Shown here one piece after another: positions 17,578 through 28,174 of a DNA stretch of 38,612 nucleotides. The stretch is from positions 1 to 38,612 of the forward strand of contig CAIRDL010000120.1 of assembly GCA_903877345.1 (NCBI GenBank), given 5' to 3'. This DNA comes from an uncultured Oscillochloris sp. (GTDB taxonomy: Bacteria > Chloroflexota > Chloroflexia > Chloroflexales > Chloroflexaceae). The position numbers and the translations under genes are program-made. A model generated the notes under the pieces. It did not search any database, was not told the DNA's origin, and worked only from the letters and a program-made list of their open reading frames with translations. How positions within the stretch are numbered: position 1 is the stretch's first letter; the number at the start of each line of letters is the position of its first letter.

Positions 17578-20043
17578 TCACCCCGCGCTCGGCAAAGTCG
17601 GAGCCTTGCGCCGCCAATGCTCGATCTGCTCAACCAACTTGCGGAGACTCACTGGCTTGCTGAGATAGTCGTTTGCGCCCGCCGCCAAACAGCGCTCACG
17701 GTCGCCGCTCATCGCTAGGGCCGTCAGCGCGACCACCGGGATGACGGCGCTGCCAGCCTTCGCCCGGATGCGGCGGGTTGCCTCCAAGCCATCCAGCACC
17801 GGCATTTGGATGTCCATCAAAATCAGATCGGGCTGCCACTCTTCAGCCATACTCACCGCCTCCGCCCCGTTGCGCGCCACCAACACCCGATAGCCGTGCG
17901 CCTCAAGGTACTGGGTGGTCGTGCGTAAAACGACCTCGCTATCCTCGGCCAACAGCAGCACCGGACGCTCTTGCTCGTCTGGGCGAACGTGGAACTGCCG
18001 CTCTGGCGCGGGTTCGGGCGCAGGCTTGGGGGTCTGGTTTTGCCAAGGCAGCGAAACGGTGAAACTGCTGCCCACGCCGAGCGTACTCGTCACCTTCACC
18101 GCGCCGCCGTGTAGGTCGGCCAAACGCGAGACAAGGGCCAGCCCCAGCCCCGTACCCTCGTGGCGGCGGCTCAGGCAACTGTCGAGTTGCACAAATGGCT
18201 TAAACAGGCGCGGAATGTCCGCCGCAGCGATGCCGATGCCGGTGTCGGCAACCGTAAAATGGATGACCTCCGCCTCCGGGTCGCCGCGCACCTCAAGGTT
18301 GACACTGCCGCCTTGGGCGGTGAATTTCACCGCGTTGGAGAGCAGGTTGACCAAGATTTGTTTGAGGCGGCGCGGGTCAGCGGCGACCATCTCGACGAGC
18401 GGGTCAATAGTGCTGATCACGCGCAACCGTTTCGTCTGGGCGATCTGGCGCACCATGCGTAGACTGGCCGCGCAGATCTCTTCGACCTCCAACGGCTCAA
18501 TGGCAAGCTCGACTTTGCCCGCCTCAATTTTGGTCAAGTCGAGGATGTCGTTGATCAGCGCCAACAGATGCTGCCCGCTCTCCGCAATCATCTCCAGCGA
18601 CTGAGTCTGGCGCTCGTTTAACGCACCATACACGCCCTCGACGGTCGATTCCGACAAGGTCAGGATGGCATTGAGTGGCGTGCGTAATTCGTGCGACATA
18701 TTCGCCAAAAACTCATCCTTGAGCCGCGCCGCCCGCTCGAGCTGACTGTTGGCCGCACTCAGCGCGGCGGTACGTTCCGCCACGCGGCGCTCCAAGTTCT
18801 CGTTTGTCTGGCGGAGCAGCGCCTCGGCCTGTTTGCGCTCGGTAATTTCTTGAAAAAAAACCGTCACGCCTTTGGTCGCCGGGTAAATATGGCGCTCGAA
18901 CCAGCGGTTACTCGCATGATCATGCTCCTCAATCGTGACGGTAGTCTGGCGGGCAAGCACCTGACGGCAGGCTTGATGGAAGAGTTGGCCGAACCTTGCA
19001 GTGGGCTCATTGCCAATGCTCGTGCCGATCAGCGCCTCGGCGTCGCACCCGAGGAGTTGCGCCGCCCGTGGATTGACTCGGAGATAGCGCCAGTTAGCGT
19101 CAAGGGCCACAAAGCCCTCGGTGAGGCGGTTCAAGATCGCGTCCGTCTCACCACGCGCTTGCTCGGCAGCGGTACGCGAATTGATGGCGAAAGCTAACAG
19201 GCGTTCAAGCTCCTCGTTCGTCTGTTGTAACAACTGCTCGGCGGTGTGCTGCTCGGTAATATCTTCAGCCAAACCGACGACCCGGTACGGTGTGCCACGC
19301 GCATCATGCACCGGAAAAGCCCGGTCACGAATCCAGCGCATCGTCTGATCGGGCCGCATGATCCGGTAGACCACCTCGGTCATTTCGCCACACGTCTGCC
19401 GCTCCAACGCCTCCCGCGTTACCTCTTGGTCGTCCGGGTGAATAGGCATAACGAAAGATTGGGCATCGGCATAAAGGCTTTCGCGACTGTGTTGCCAGAT
19501 CTGCTCGTAGCTTGGACTCACGTAGAGTACTTGGTGGGTCTGGAGATCAAAGATATAAAAGACTTCGCTGATATGTTCGGTAAGCTGACGAAACCGCTCT
19601 TCGCTTGTGTGTAATTGCTGCTCAGTCGCGGCGCGTTGCTCCGTTTGGCGCTCGGCCTCGACAGGGTAAATCAGCGCCGTGGTGCCGTAGCCTGCCGTCG
19701 TGGGCCACGGTGTGAGCGTGAGCGTGAGGGGCAGGCGCGCACCATCACGGTGGAGGCCCAACAGGTGGATGCCTGGTTCGGGGGCGGCGAGGGGGTTGCC
19801 AGTCTGCGCTAAGGTGAGGGACTGGTGCAACTGGGCGGGCAGCAGCATCGTGAAGGGTCGGCCCAAAACCTCGGCGGTTGGGTAGCCAAAGAGTCGGGTT
19901 GCAGCGGCGTTCCACGTGCAGATCATGCCGTCCGGGTCAACCGAAACTACCGCAGCAGTGGCCGACGCCGCGACCGCAGCAAGCAGCGCGGCGAAGCTCG
20001 GTTCGGACGACGGACTCGCGGACGGAGCGGCGAGAGGCTTCAT
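17578..20043 (-). CDS. soluble hybrid sensor histidine kinase (PAS x3-4, HisKA, HATPase, REC)
   Basis: H-box [44 protein letters not shown], receiver LLLAEDSE...[12 protein letters not shown]...LSKP. Confidence 0.85.
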   Translation of the reverse strand: MKPLAAPSASPSSEPSFAALLAAVAASATAAVVSVDPDGMICTWNAAATRLFGYPTAEVLGRPFTMLLPAQLHQSLTLAQTGNPLAAPEPGIHLLGLHRDGARLPLTLTLTPWPTTAGYGTTALIYPVEAERQTEQRAATEQQLHTSEERFRQLTEHISEVFYIFDLQTHQVLYVSPSYEQIWQHSRESLYADAQSFVMPIHPDDQEVTREALERQTCGEMTEVVYRIMRPDQTMRWIRDRAFPVHDARGTPYRVVGLAEDITEQHTAEQLLQQTNEELERLLAFAINSRTAAEQARGETDAILNRLTEGFVALDANWRYLRVNPRAAQLLGCDAEALIGTSIGNEPTARFGQLFHQACRQVLARQTTVTIEEHDHASNRWFERHIYPATKGVTVFFQEITERKQAEALLRQTNENLERRVAERTAALSAANSQLERAARLKDEFLANMSHELRTPLNAILTLSESTVEGVYGALNERQTQSLEMIAESGQHLLALINDILDLTKIEAGKVELAIEPLEVEEICAASLRMVRQIAQTKRLRVISTIDPLVEMVAADPRRLKQILVNLLSNAVKFTAQGGSVNLEVRGDPEAEVIHFTVADTGIGIAAADIPRLFKPFVQLDSCLSRRHEGTGLGLALVSRLADLHGGAVKVTSTLGVGSSFTVSLPWQNQTPKPAPEPAPERQFHVRPDEQERPVLLLAEDSEVVLRTTTQYLEAHGYRVLVARNGAEAVSMAEEWQPDLILMDIQMPVLDGLEATRRIRAKAGSAVIPVVALTALAMSGDRERCLAAGANDYLSKPVSLRKLVEQIEHWRRKAPTLPSAG

Positions 20044-20262
20044 GCTTGGGGCCAGACTACTAGTACAGCTTTCTGGAAGTCCGTGACCAGTTGCGACCGC
20101 TGACCACTGACCGCCGCCGGAAGCGGTCAGAACCCGCCAGAAACTTCCGGGAGGCAGTCCTAGAGCTCCCGGAAATTCGCCCTAACAACGGTCGCAAGCG
20201 GGCCGTGTCGTCGACTCAGTCTAGCATATACGCACAGCTTGGGTTTACGCTTGTAGGCGCGC

Positions 20263-20291
20263 TTGGTGCTGCCCGCTCGAAACGGTATAAT
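20263..20291 (+). promoter_or_regulatory. candidate sigma70-type promoter
   Basis: TTGGTG (20263-20268), 17 nt, TATAAT (20286-20291). GGAGGAG RBS and ATG 20312 lie just downstream. A 9-bp inverted repeat ttccgggag/ctcccggaa sits at 20145-20174 upstream. Confidence 0.45.
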
Positions 20292-20311
20292 GCTCGCATG
20301 GAGGAGCGCTA

Positions 20312-21379
20312 ATGTCGAGACTACGACGGATCGTGGCGCGGGCTGGCAGTGACGCCGAGGAGTTGCTCGAACGCCTACGACGGCGGCGCAACCCAGGGCC
20401 GGTGCAGATCTGCGCTTACCGTGGCATGGGTACCCCTGCTGGCTTGAACTTGAGTGGACGCGTGCTTGAGGATCGCGGCATCCAGCCAGCGGTAGATGAC
20501 CAGACCCGTCTGCGGAACCTACGTGATAACTGGCGGCGTTTCGGTACCCGTGAACTGACCGGCGTGTTGGTGCGGGCCGCTTTTAAGGGCCAAATCACGC
20601 AGGCGCGTACCGATGCGGAGGGCTACTTCCAACTGCGGATCGCGCCCATCCCGTCCCTTGACCCAACGCTTTGGCAAACGGTAGCCCTTGAACTGCCCGA
20701 CCTTGGTGTACAGACCACTGGCGAGGTCTTGGTGCCGCCGCCCGCCGCCCGCTATGCGGTGATTAGCGATATTGACGACACCATCCTCCTGAGTCACGCC
20801 ACTGATACGCTCAAACTGCTGCGCCTGACCCTCCTTCAGAATGCCCGCACGCGGGTGCCTTACGCGGGTGTCGCTGCGCTCTACCAAGCCTTTGCTGCAG
20901 GCGTGAGCGGTGTTGAACACAACCCGATTTTCTATGTGTCGAGCAGCCCGTGGAATCTGTACGATTTCCTGATCGAGTTTATGGCCTTCCACGGGCTGCC
21001 GGCTGGCCCGCTTTTTCTAACTGACTATGGGCTTGACCGCGAACAACTGATTAAGCCGCAGCATACAGAGCATAAGCTGGCCCAAATCGAGTGGATTGCC
21101 TCCACCTACCCCCACCTAGAGCTGGTGCTGATCGGCGATAGCGGGCAGCACGACCCGGAGATCTACCTGACGGTGGCGCGCACCTACCCTGGGCGCGTCG
21201 TGGCGATCTACATTCGCCACGTCAGCGACCGACGGCGGGCGGATGAAGTGGCAGCGTTGGCGACCCAAGCCGCCGCCCTTGGCACCCCGCTGCTCCTCAC
21301 CACCACCTCGGCGACGGTTGTCGCCGATGCGCTGCGGCGCGGCCTCATCGCGGCAGCAAGTGACCGTGGGCAGCGGTAG
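20312..21379 (+). CDS. App1-like phosphatidate phosphatase family protein (DUF2183, DxDxT phosphatase)
   Basis: YAVISDIDDTIL (DxDxT), FYVSSSPWNLYDFL, GPLFLTDYG, LIGDSGQHDPEIY. Confidence 0.7.
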   Translation: MSRLRRIVARAGSDAEELLERLRRRRNPGPVQICAYRGMGTPAGLNLSGRVLEDRGIQPAVDDQTRLRNLRDNWRRFGTRELTGVLVRAAFKGQITQARTDAEGYFQLRIAPIPSLDPTLWQTVALELPDLGVQTTGEVLVPPPAARYAVISDIDDTILLSHATDTLKLLRLTLLQNARTRVPYAGVAALYQAFAAGVSGVEHNPIFYVSSSPWNLYDFLIEFMAFHGLPAGPLFLTDYGLDREQLIKPQHTEHKLAQIEWIASTYPHLELVLIGDSGQHDPEIYLTVARTYPGRVVAIYIRHVSDRRRADEVAALATQAAALGTPLLLTTTSATVVADALRRGLIAAASDRGQR

Positions 21380-21484
21380 CGCCCGTGCAACACTGGCCAT
21401 CTGTTGGGCGTAGAACCGCCAGAACGCCGGACGACTAGCGCAACGGGCGCCGGGACGCGGCGGTAACGATAGAAGGATCGAGCC

Positions 21485-21928
21485 GTGAACTTCAACCAGA
21501 AGCAAGCCCGCAATGCTGGGATTACCCTGATTGGCCTGGGCCTTGTTGCACTTTTTCACCTGTGGTGGGCGTTGCCCCCGGCGCTGTTGGCCGCTGGCGG
21601 TATGGTGATCTACCAGCGCCAGAAGGCCCGTGGACACACCGGCGGGGCGGTGCAAGCCGTACTCTGGGGCGTTGGGTTGGCGGTGCTGCTGCTCGTACAC
21701 TTCATCATGCCGGGGGTGCTGTTGCTTGGCGGCACGAGCTTGCTCATGCGTGGTCGCGAGGCGACGGTCGAGGCTGAGGTCTTTGCGCTGGTTGGCCGCT
21801 TCAGCCGCCGCCGCACCCCAGTTGCCCCCTTGGCCTCGGTGACGGCTGCGCCGACTACGCCTCAACGTGTCACCATTGTCGAGACCCGCGAGGTGGCGAG
21901 TGGCACCGAAACGACTCGGCTGCGCTAG
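21485..21928 (+). CDS. small integral membrane protein, unknown function
   Basis: 147 aa, GTG start, 3-4 hydrophobic helices (ITLIGLGLVALFHLWWALPPALLAAGGMVIY, AVLWGVGLAVLLLVHFIMPGVLLLGG). GC3-rich codons; terminator downstream. Confidence 0.55.
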   Translation: MNFNQKQARNAGITLIGLGLVALFHLWWALPPALLAAGGMVIYQRQKARGHTGGAVQAVLWGVGLAVLLLVHFIMPGVLLLGGTSLLMRGREATVEAEVFALVGRFSRRRTPVAPLASVTAAPTTPQRVTIVETREVASGTETTRLR

Positions 21929-21937
21929 ACACACTTG

Positions 21938-21997
21938 GGCATGTTTCAGATTGCAGCTTTGCCGCACTAGGAGACGGCGCATTTGCCCAAACTGTAA
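21938..21997 (-). repeat. dispersed ~75-90-nt intergenic repeat (GTTTCAAACCAGCTTGAC family), reverse-oriented partial copy
   Basis: The reverse complement ttacagtttgggcaaatgcgccgtctcctagtgcggcaaagctgcaatctgaaacatgcc aligns with copies at 30554, 32143 and 37806. Confidence 0.75.
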
Positions 21998-22027
21998 CCT
22001 AGTCGCGAACCTTGTCTAACCGTAATA

Positions 22028-22069
22028 CCCCCTTCGTCCGCAAGTACGGGCGAAGGGGGTGTTGTTTGT
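22028..22069 (+). terminator. rho-independent terminator
   Basis: cccccttcgtccg (22028-22040) / cgggcgaaggggg (22047-22059), 13-bp stem with one mismatch, then tgttgtttgt. Confidence 0.7.
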
Positions 22070-22156
22070 CCTGCAAGCTTGTCTGTATAGCCCCTCCTTC
22101 GCCAAAGCTGTCCGCAAACGCGCCTAGTTCACCTGCGGCAAAGCTGCAAGCTAAAC

Positions 22157-23242
22157 TCACTTTGGCCTCACCTCGCCCCGGATGAACTGCTCAGTGAAAT
22201 CATGCGCCTCATTGTCGCTGTACTGCTTCGGCGGGGTCTTCATGAAATAGCTACTCGGCCCCTCAAGCGCCCCGCCAAGCCCCCGGTCAAGCGCCAATTT
22301 GGCGCAGCGAATCGCATCAATCACCACCCCCGCCGAATTGGGCGAGTCCCAAACCTCCAATTTCAACTCCAAGTTCAACGGTACATCACCAAAGGTCGTC
22401 CCTTCCATGCGAATATAGGCCCATTTACGGTCGCCCAACCAGGGCACATAGTCACTTGGCCCAACATGCACCGCATCTGCGGGCAGCGTGTAGTTGAGTT
22501 GACTCGTCACGGCGTTGGTCTTGCTGATCTTCTTGCTCTCAAGCCGCTCACGTTCGAGCATGTTCAGAAAATCGGTGTTGCCGCCGAAATTAAGCTGGTA
22601 CGTCCGGTCAAGCCGCACCCCACGCGCCTGGAAGAGCGCCGCCAACACGCGATGCGTAATCGTCGCTCCGACTTGGCTCTTAATATCGTCCCCAATAATC
22701 GGCAGCCGTTTCTCCTCAAAACGCTTCCGCCAATACTCTTGACTAGCGATAAAGACTGGCACGCAGTTGATAAACGCGCACCGCGCCTCGAGGATCTGCT
22801 CGACATACCACTTCGTCGCCATCTCGCTCCCCACCGGCAGATACGAAATCACTACGTCAGTCTTCGTCGCTTTCAGAATGCCCACGATGTCGTCGGTGGC
22901 GCGGGGCGCTTTCTTAATCACCTGACTGAGATATTTCCCCAGCCCATCGTGCGTCATTCCGCGTGACACCGGCACGCCCATATGGGGCACCGGACTGAAC
23001 GTGTAGGTGTTGTTGGGCTGGGCGAAGATCGCCTCGGCGAGGTCGCGGTCTACCTTGGTGTCGGCAATGTCGAAAGCCGCCGTAAATTCGATGTCACTGA
23101 TATGGTAACCGCCCAAGCTGACATGCATCAGCCCAGGGATGCTGTCGCCCTCGTTGGCGTTGCGATAATAATGGACGCCCTGCACCAGCGAGGAGGCACA
23201 GTTCCCTACCCCAATAATCGCCACCCGGATCTTTTTGCTCAC
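22157..23242 (-). CDS. ino1: inositol-3-phosphate synthase (myo-inositol-1-phosphate synthase)
   Basis: 361 aa. N-terminal Rossmann motif [22 protein letters not shown], and overall prokaryotic MIPS blocks ([32 protein letters not shown]). Confidence 0.85.
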   Translation of the reverse strand: MSKKIRVAIIGVGNCASSLVQGVHYYRNANEGDSIPGLMHVSLGGYHISDIEFTAAFDIADTKVDRDLAEAIFAQPNNTYTFSPVPHMGVPVSRGMTHDGLGKYLSQVIKKAPRATDDIVGILKATKTDVVISYLPVGSEMATKWYVEQILEARCAFINCVPVFIASQEYWRKRFEEKRLPIIGDDIKSQVGATITHRVLAALFQARGVRLDRTYQLNFGGNTDFLNMLERERLESKKISKTNAVTSQLNYTLPADAVHVGPSDYVPWLGDRKWAYIRMEGTTFGDVPLNLELKLEVWDSPNSAGVVIDAIRCAKLALDRGLGGALEGPSSYFMKTPPKQYSDNEAHDFTEQFIRGEVRPK

Positions 23243-23594
23243 AGAGAGTCCGACCTTTCAGCTGGATTTGCTCAGTCCCTACCGATGCTGCCAGCGACCG
23301 GGCATGATACTGCGGCTGATCTAGTTTGGCAAGGCAGCCCCAACCGCCGCCAAGGCAAAGCAGCCAAGCCGCAGGCTACGCACCTGCCAACGGCGTTTCA
23401 TGTTGGTTGAAGACATCCGCGCCGTGCCGTCCCTCCGCCAGGCAGCGCTGCGGGAGCGGGGCGGCCCACATGGCCCCTCCCGCAACCCAAGCGACCCGCT
23501 GGGCAACGGTGGCAACAAACCACCCACGCCCTGCCGCTTCGCAGCTTTGCTCCGCCTTTAGGGATGCGGAAATTTTAAAGCATCCCAACACCAT

Positions 23595-23652
23595 GTCATT
23601 CTGAGCGAAGCGAAGAATCCCGACCGGGACCCTTCGCTTCGCTCAGGGTGAC
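23595..23652. repeat. 21-bp-arm palindrome of the GTCATTCTGAGCGAAGCGAAG type
   Basis: gtcattctgagcgaagcgaag (23595-23615) pairs with cttcgcttcgctcagggtgac (23632-23652). The only two non-Watson-Crick positions are U.G wobbles on the + strand. Confidence 0.8.
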
Positions 23653-23685
23653 ATGACAGCATGCCTTTTGCGGTAGTGCGTTTCC

Positions 23686-23783
23686 GGCTTTGCGGCTTTG
23701 CGGCTTTGCGTGCGCTTGCTCCGGCTTTGCGGCTTTGCGTGCGCTTGCTCCGGCTTTGCGGCTTTGCGGCTTTGCGGCTTTGC
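23686..23783. repeat. tandem octamer repeat (GGCTTTGC, 9 copies) with a 29-nt higher-order unit
   Basis: GGCTTTGC x3, gtgcgcttgctcc, x2, gtgcgcttgctcc, x4. An extra copy lies at 23841-23848. Confidence 0.9.
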
Positions 23784-24109
23784 GTCAGATCGCTGAACGG
23801 TAAAGCTGGTTTGAACCATGCCTTTGCGTCAAATGCTTCCGGCTTTGCGCCTTGCGATCCAGCACCCTACGGTTCGGGTCAATCCGTTCACCAGAGATTC
23901 GACGCGGGCCACGTCCGGCGGAAGGGCCGTCAGCACGGCTCAGTAGTCAGTAGTCGGCGGTCAGCGGCAATGCTGGCCGCCGTTGTTGTTCAATATATCT
24001 AAATGGGCGGAACCGCGCTTGGATCTTTTAACATACTATTCCAAGCAAAGATGTGAGGCTATGGACGATTGATCTAAACCGTTTTGAACTATTTTAAGCT
24101 TGTGTTGTC

Positions 24110-24570
24110 AAGGTTCGCCCCCGATAGCTCGGCAGTTATACGGCTCAAAAATAATAGTTAAGAGATTACAACCAAAAATCTGGCTCTGGGTATTGCCAGA
24201 CATAGCGATTGATGCTATATTCCTCGTAGGCCCGTTGCTGAACCCCAAACAAAGCTGGTGCGCTGGTAGAGGATAATGTAGTGCTCTACCAAACCCACGC
24301 ACCCCCCTGGTCCACGCGAACACCACAATGTCGTACCGCCCGTGTCTGTTCTTCCCTGCAACGTTGCAGCCCCCGGTCTGAGGCTCCTTTGGCTTAGGTG
24401 GCACCCGGCGCTGGCTAAGCGCCGCTCCACGTAGGCACCCGCTCAGACCTCTGGTTCGCCCCGTGCCGCCAAACCCGGCGGGGGCTTCGCAGCAACTACA
24501 AAGGGAGTACAGCTTTGCCCTCTCCTCTGGCTCCACCCACACCAGTCTGATCCATCGCCCGTTTGTTTTT
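24110..24570 (+). other. stem-loop-dense GC-rich non-coding segment upstream of nifH (candidate structured RNA or leader; strand uncertain)
   Basis: No + strand ORF of 60 aa or more. The minus-strand ORF uses AGG/AGA/CTA/TTA/ATA codons, unlike neighbouring genes. Helices: 24179-84/24195-200, 24265-71/24284-90, palindrome 24356-69, 8-bp 24375-82/24442-49 enclosing 24407-12/24418-23, and 24458-85. Ends in the T-run gtttgttttt (24561-24570). Preceded by AT-rich DNA at 23990-24110. Confidence 0.35.
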
Positions 24571-24612
24571 CAGTTGTCCATGCGGTGTGCAATGCACCTC
24601 ATCGGACGATAA

Positions 24613-25572
<960 letters not shown>

Positions 25573-25579
25573 TTGTAGC

Positions 25580-25640
25580 TTTTAGATTGACGATTGTAGA
25601 TTTTAACTTGCAAGCTAAAGTCTACAATCCGAATCTAAAA
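25580..25640 (+). promoter_or_regulatory. nifH-nifB intercistronic bipartite stem-loop
   Basis: ttttagatt (25580-88) pairs with aatctaaaa (25632-40), and gattgtaga (25592-600) pairs with tctacaatc (25621-29): 18 bp in total with small internal loops. AT-rich. Confidence 0.6.
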
Positions 25641-25657
25641 TCCCCTAGGGAGCAGCA

Positions 25658-26587
25658 ATGGACACCCAGCCCACAAGTACCTGTCAGGGCAGTTGCATTC
25701 CGAAAGTTGATGTCAGCACGCACCCGTGTTACAGCAGCGCCGCCCACTTCCGCTTCGGGCGGATCCACGTTCCGGTGGCCCCGCGCTGCAACATTCAGTG
25801 TAATTACTGCATCCGTAAGTTTGCCTGCCCCAACGAGAACCGGCCCGGCGTGACGATGCGCGTCGTTTCGCCCGACCAGGCGCTCACAACTATTCGCGAG
25901 GCCGTCACCCGCGACCCGCGCCTGAAGGTGTTGGGCGTGGCTGGCCCCGGTGATGCCCTCGCAAACGAGGCCACGCTCGCCACCTTCGAGCGCGTCAAGA
26001 CTGAGTTTCCAAGCCTGACGCGCTGCATCTCGACCAACGGGCTGCTGCTGCCGGATCGCATTGAGGCCATTGACCGGGCCGGGATTACCACGCTGACCAT
26101 CACGATTAACGCGGTGGATCCAGCTATCGGCGAGCAGATCTATTCGCATGTACGGTACCACGGCAAAACCTATCGTGGCCGCGAGGCGTTTGAACTACTC
26201 AACCACAACCAGTTGACGGGGCTGCGCGAGGCTTCCTATCGCGGCATGCTGGTCAAAGTCAATGCGGTGCTCATCCCCGGCGTCAACGATGAACACCTCG
26301 TCGAGGTGGCCCGGGTGGCGAAAGACCACGGGGCTTACATCATGAACATCATCCCGATGCTGCCCCTGGCCCAGTTCGCCCATCTGCCGGAGCCGACGGT
26401 CGAACAGATTAACAAGGTGCGGAACGAGTGCGCCAAGGTGATTGAGCAGTTCCGTAATTGCCAGCGCTGCCGCGCCGACGCGATTGGTGTACCTGGCGAA
26501 GACGGGTGCGGCCCCACACCGGAGAAAGTTTGTGTGCCGAAGTTCCTGACTCAGCGTAAAGAGCAAGCCGAAGTCGCCGCCGACTGA
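25658..26587 (+). CDS. nifB: nitrogenase cofactor biosynthesis radical SAM protein NifB (stand-alone SAM domain, no NifX-like extension)
   Basis: 309 aa. HPCYSSAAHFRFGRIHVPVAPRCNIQCNYCIRKFACPNENRPGV (Cx3Cx2C), GVAGPGDAL, STNGLLL, C-terminal CQRCRADAIG. AGGGAG RBS. Confidence 0.9.
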   Translation: MDTQPTSTCQGSCIPKVDVSTHPCYSSAAHFRFGRIHVPVAPRCNIQCNYCIRKFACPNENRPGVTMRVVSPDQALTTIREAVTRDPRLKVLGVAGPGDALANEATLATFERVKTEFPSLTRCISTNGLLLPDRIEAIDRAGITTLTITINAVDPAIGEQIYSHVRYHGKTYRGREAFELLNHNQLTGLREASYRGMLVKVNAVLIPGVNDEHLVEVARVAKDHGAYIMNIIPMLPLAQFAHLPEPTVEQINKVRNECAKVIEQFRNCQRCRADAIGVPGEDGCGPTPEKVCVPKFLTQRKEQAEVAAD

Positions 26588-26697
26588 GTCCGCCGCCGGT
26601 TTTTACCACGCAGGCCGAACTGCTCTAGCTGTACCTTAGACCAACCTTCAGGTTCCATTCTCGTTTCGGTACGCGCATGGCTGTCGCCTGCGCTCAA

Positions 26698-26739
26698 CCT
26701 GAAACCTGAAACCTGGCCCCTGAAACCTTCCTTCAGGAG
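26698..26739 (+). promoter_or_regulatory. CCTGAAA heptamer repeats and a hairpin overlapping the nifD ribosome-binding site
   Basis: CCTGAAA at 26698, 26705 and 26719. cctgaa (26719-24) pairs with ttcagg (26732-37), overlapping the AGGAG RBS (26735-39); ATG at 26747. The 15-mer cctgaaaccttcctt recurs at 30709-30723. Confidence 0.45.
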
Positions 26740-26746
26740 ATCGACG

Positions 26747-28174
26747 ATGGAACTCAAGTGTAACGAAACCCTCCCCGAGCGAGCGCTACATATCGCGCTG
26801 AAAGTCGAGGGCGGGAAGTGCAAACGCGGCGACGGCGCTGGCTGCGCGATTGTCAGCAATTCGGCCACCACTCCCGGCGATATGACGGAGCGCGGTTGTA
26901 CCTACGCCGGTTGTCGCGGCGTGGTCGGCGGCCCGGTGAAGGATGCCATTCAGCTGACCCACGGCCCCATCGGTTGCGCGTTCTTCTCGTGGGGCTATCG
27001 CCCGCACTTGGCCGATACCGATTTCCACATGAAGTACACCTTCGTGTCGGATATGAATGAGACCAATATCGTCTTCGGCGGCGAGAAGAAGCTGCTCCAG
27101 TCCATCATCGAGGCCAGCCAGGAGTTCCCGGAAGCCAAGGCGGTTTTCGTCTACAACACCTGCTCGACCGCCCTGATCGGCGACGATGGCCGCGATGTCG
27201 CCAAACAGGCCGAGGCGATTATCGGCAAGCCCGTGGTTTTCTTCGAGTGCGAAGGCTTCAAGGGCGTCAGCCAGTCGGCAGGCCACCACGTCGGCAACGA
27301 GACCATCTTCCGCCAATTGGTCGGCTCGGCTGATGCGGCAGGCGATTTCAGCCGGACGATCAACATTGTCGGCGACTACAACATCAAGAATGACATCCGC
27401 ACCTTCGAGTATCTGTTCGAGGCAATTGGGCTGAAGATCATCACCCGCTTCACCGGCAACGTCTCGGTAGACGACCTGAAGATCATGCACAAAGCGGCGC
27501 TCAACGTCGTCCACTGTCAGCGCTCGGCCACCTACATCGCCGACATGATGCAGGAGAAGTACCAGACGCCGTACATCAATGTGACGCTGTGGGGGATGAA
27601 GCACATGGCCCAGGCGTTGCGTGACACGGCGGCGGTCTTTGGGCTGGAAGCGGAGGCCGAGGCGGTGATCGAGCGCGAGTTGGCGAAGATCAAGCCCAAA
27701 ATTGACTACTACCGCCAGCGCCTGACGGGCAAGAAGGTCTTTATTTACCAGGGCGGGCCGCGCACCTGGCACTGGATCGAACTGTTGCGCGAGTTGGGCA
27801 TGGAGACGCACACCGCCGCGACCACCTTCGGCCACGACGACGACTACGAGAAGATCTTCGAGCAACTCGACGAGGGTTCGATGATGATTGACAACCCCAA
27901 CGTGCCGGAGCTTGAGGAGATCCTGACCCACCGCCGCCCCGACCTGTTCATTTCGGGCAACAAAGAGAAGTACCTGGCCTACAAACTGGGCGTGCCTTTC
28001 GTCAACGGGCACACCTACGACACCGGCCCCTACGCTGGCTTCCTCGGTATGGTCAACTTCGCCCGCGACCTTGACAAGGCGCTGTACGCCCCGATTTGGC
28101 AGACCTTGAAGCGCCGGGCCAAGCCCGCACCCGCCGTCCATCACTCCGCCCACGGCTTTGAGGAGGTGCTCTGA
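26747..28174 (+). CDS. nifD: nitrogenase molybdenum-iron protein alpha chain NifD
   Basis: 475 aa. P-cluster Cys in RGCTYAGCRGVV, HGPIGCAFF and YNTCSTALIGDD. SQSAGHH, equivalent to Gln191/His195. Cofactor ligands VVHCQRS (Cys275 equivalent, nt 27515-17) and NGHTYD (His442 equivalent). Confidence 0.92.
   Translation: MELKCNETLPERALHIALKVEGGKCKRGDGAGCAIVSNSATTPGDMTERGCTYAGCRGVVGGPVKDAIQLTHGPIGCAFFSWGYRPHLADTDFHMKYTFVSDMNETNIVFGGEKKLLQSIIEASQEFPEAKAVFVYNTCSTALIGDDGRDVAKQAEAIIGKPVVFFECEGFKGVSQSAGHHVGNETIFRQLVGSADAAGDFSRTINIVGDYNIKNDIRTFEYLFEAIGLKIITRFTGNVSVDDLKIMHKAALNVVHCQRSATYIADMMQEKYQTPYINVTLWGMKHMAQALRDTAAVFGLEAEAEAVIERELAKIKPKIDYYRQRLTGKKVFIYQGGPRTWHWIELLRELGMETHTAATTFGHDDDYEKIFEQLDEGSMMIDNPNVPELEEILTHRRPDLFISGNKEKYLAYKLGVPFVNGHTYDTGPYAGFLGMVNFARDLDKALYAPIWQTLKRRAKPAPAVHHSAHGFEEVL

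Noticed and set aside
23661-24002. 113-aa plus-strand ORF (MPFAVVRFRLCGFAALRALAPALRLCV...)
   Set aside because: It is simply the translation of the GGCTTTGC octamer array: low complexity, with no RBS.
24112-24146. Group II intron domain V-like string (minus strand GAGCCGUAUAAC...)
   Set aside because: The 3' half needed to pair (ACGUACGGUUC-like) is absent and the 34-nt hairpin cannot be drawn. There is also no GUGYG 5' end and no RT ORF.
24108-24542. 144-aa minus-strand ORF in the nifH upstream region
   Set aside because: It contains many AGG/AGA/CTA/TTA/ATA codons unlike the surrounding genes, has a Cys/Arg/Gly-rich composition, no RBS and no recognisable motif. I treat it as non-coding, though this is not proven.
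26786-28153. 455-aa minus-strand ORF antisense to nifD
   Set aside because: Antisense shadow ORF; the plus frame is unmistakably NifD.
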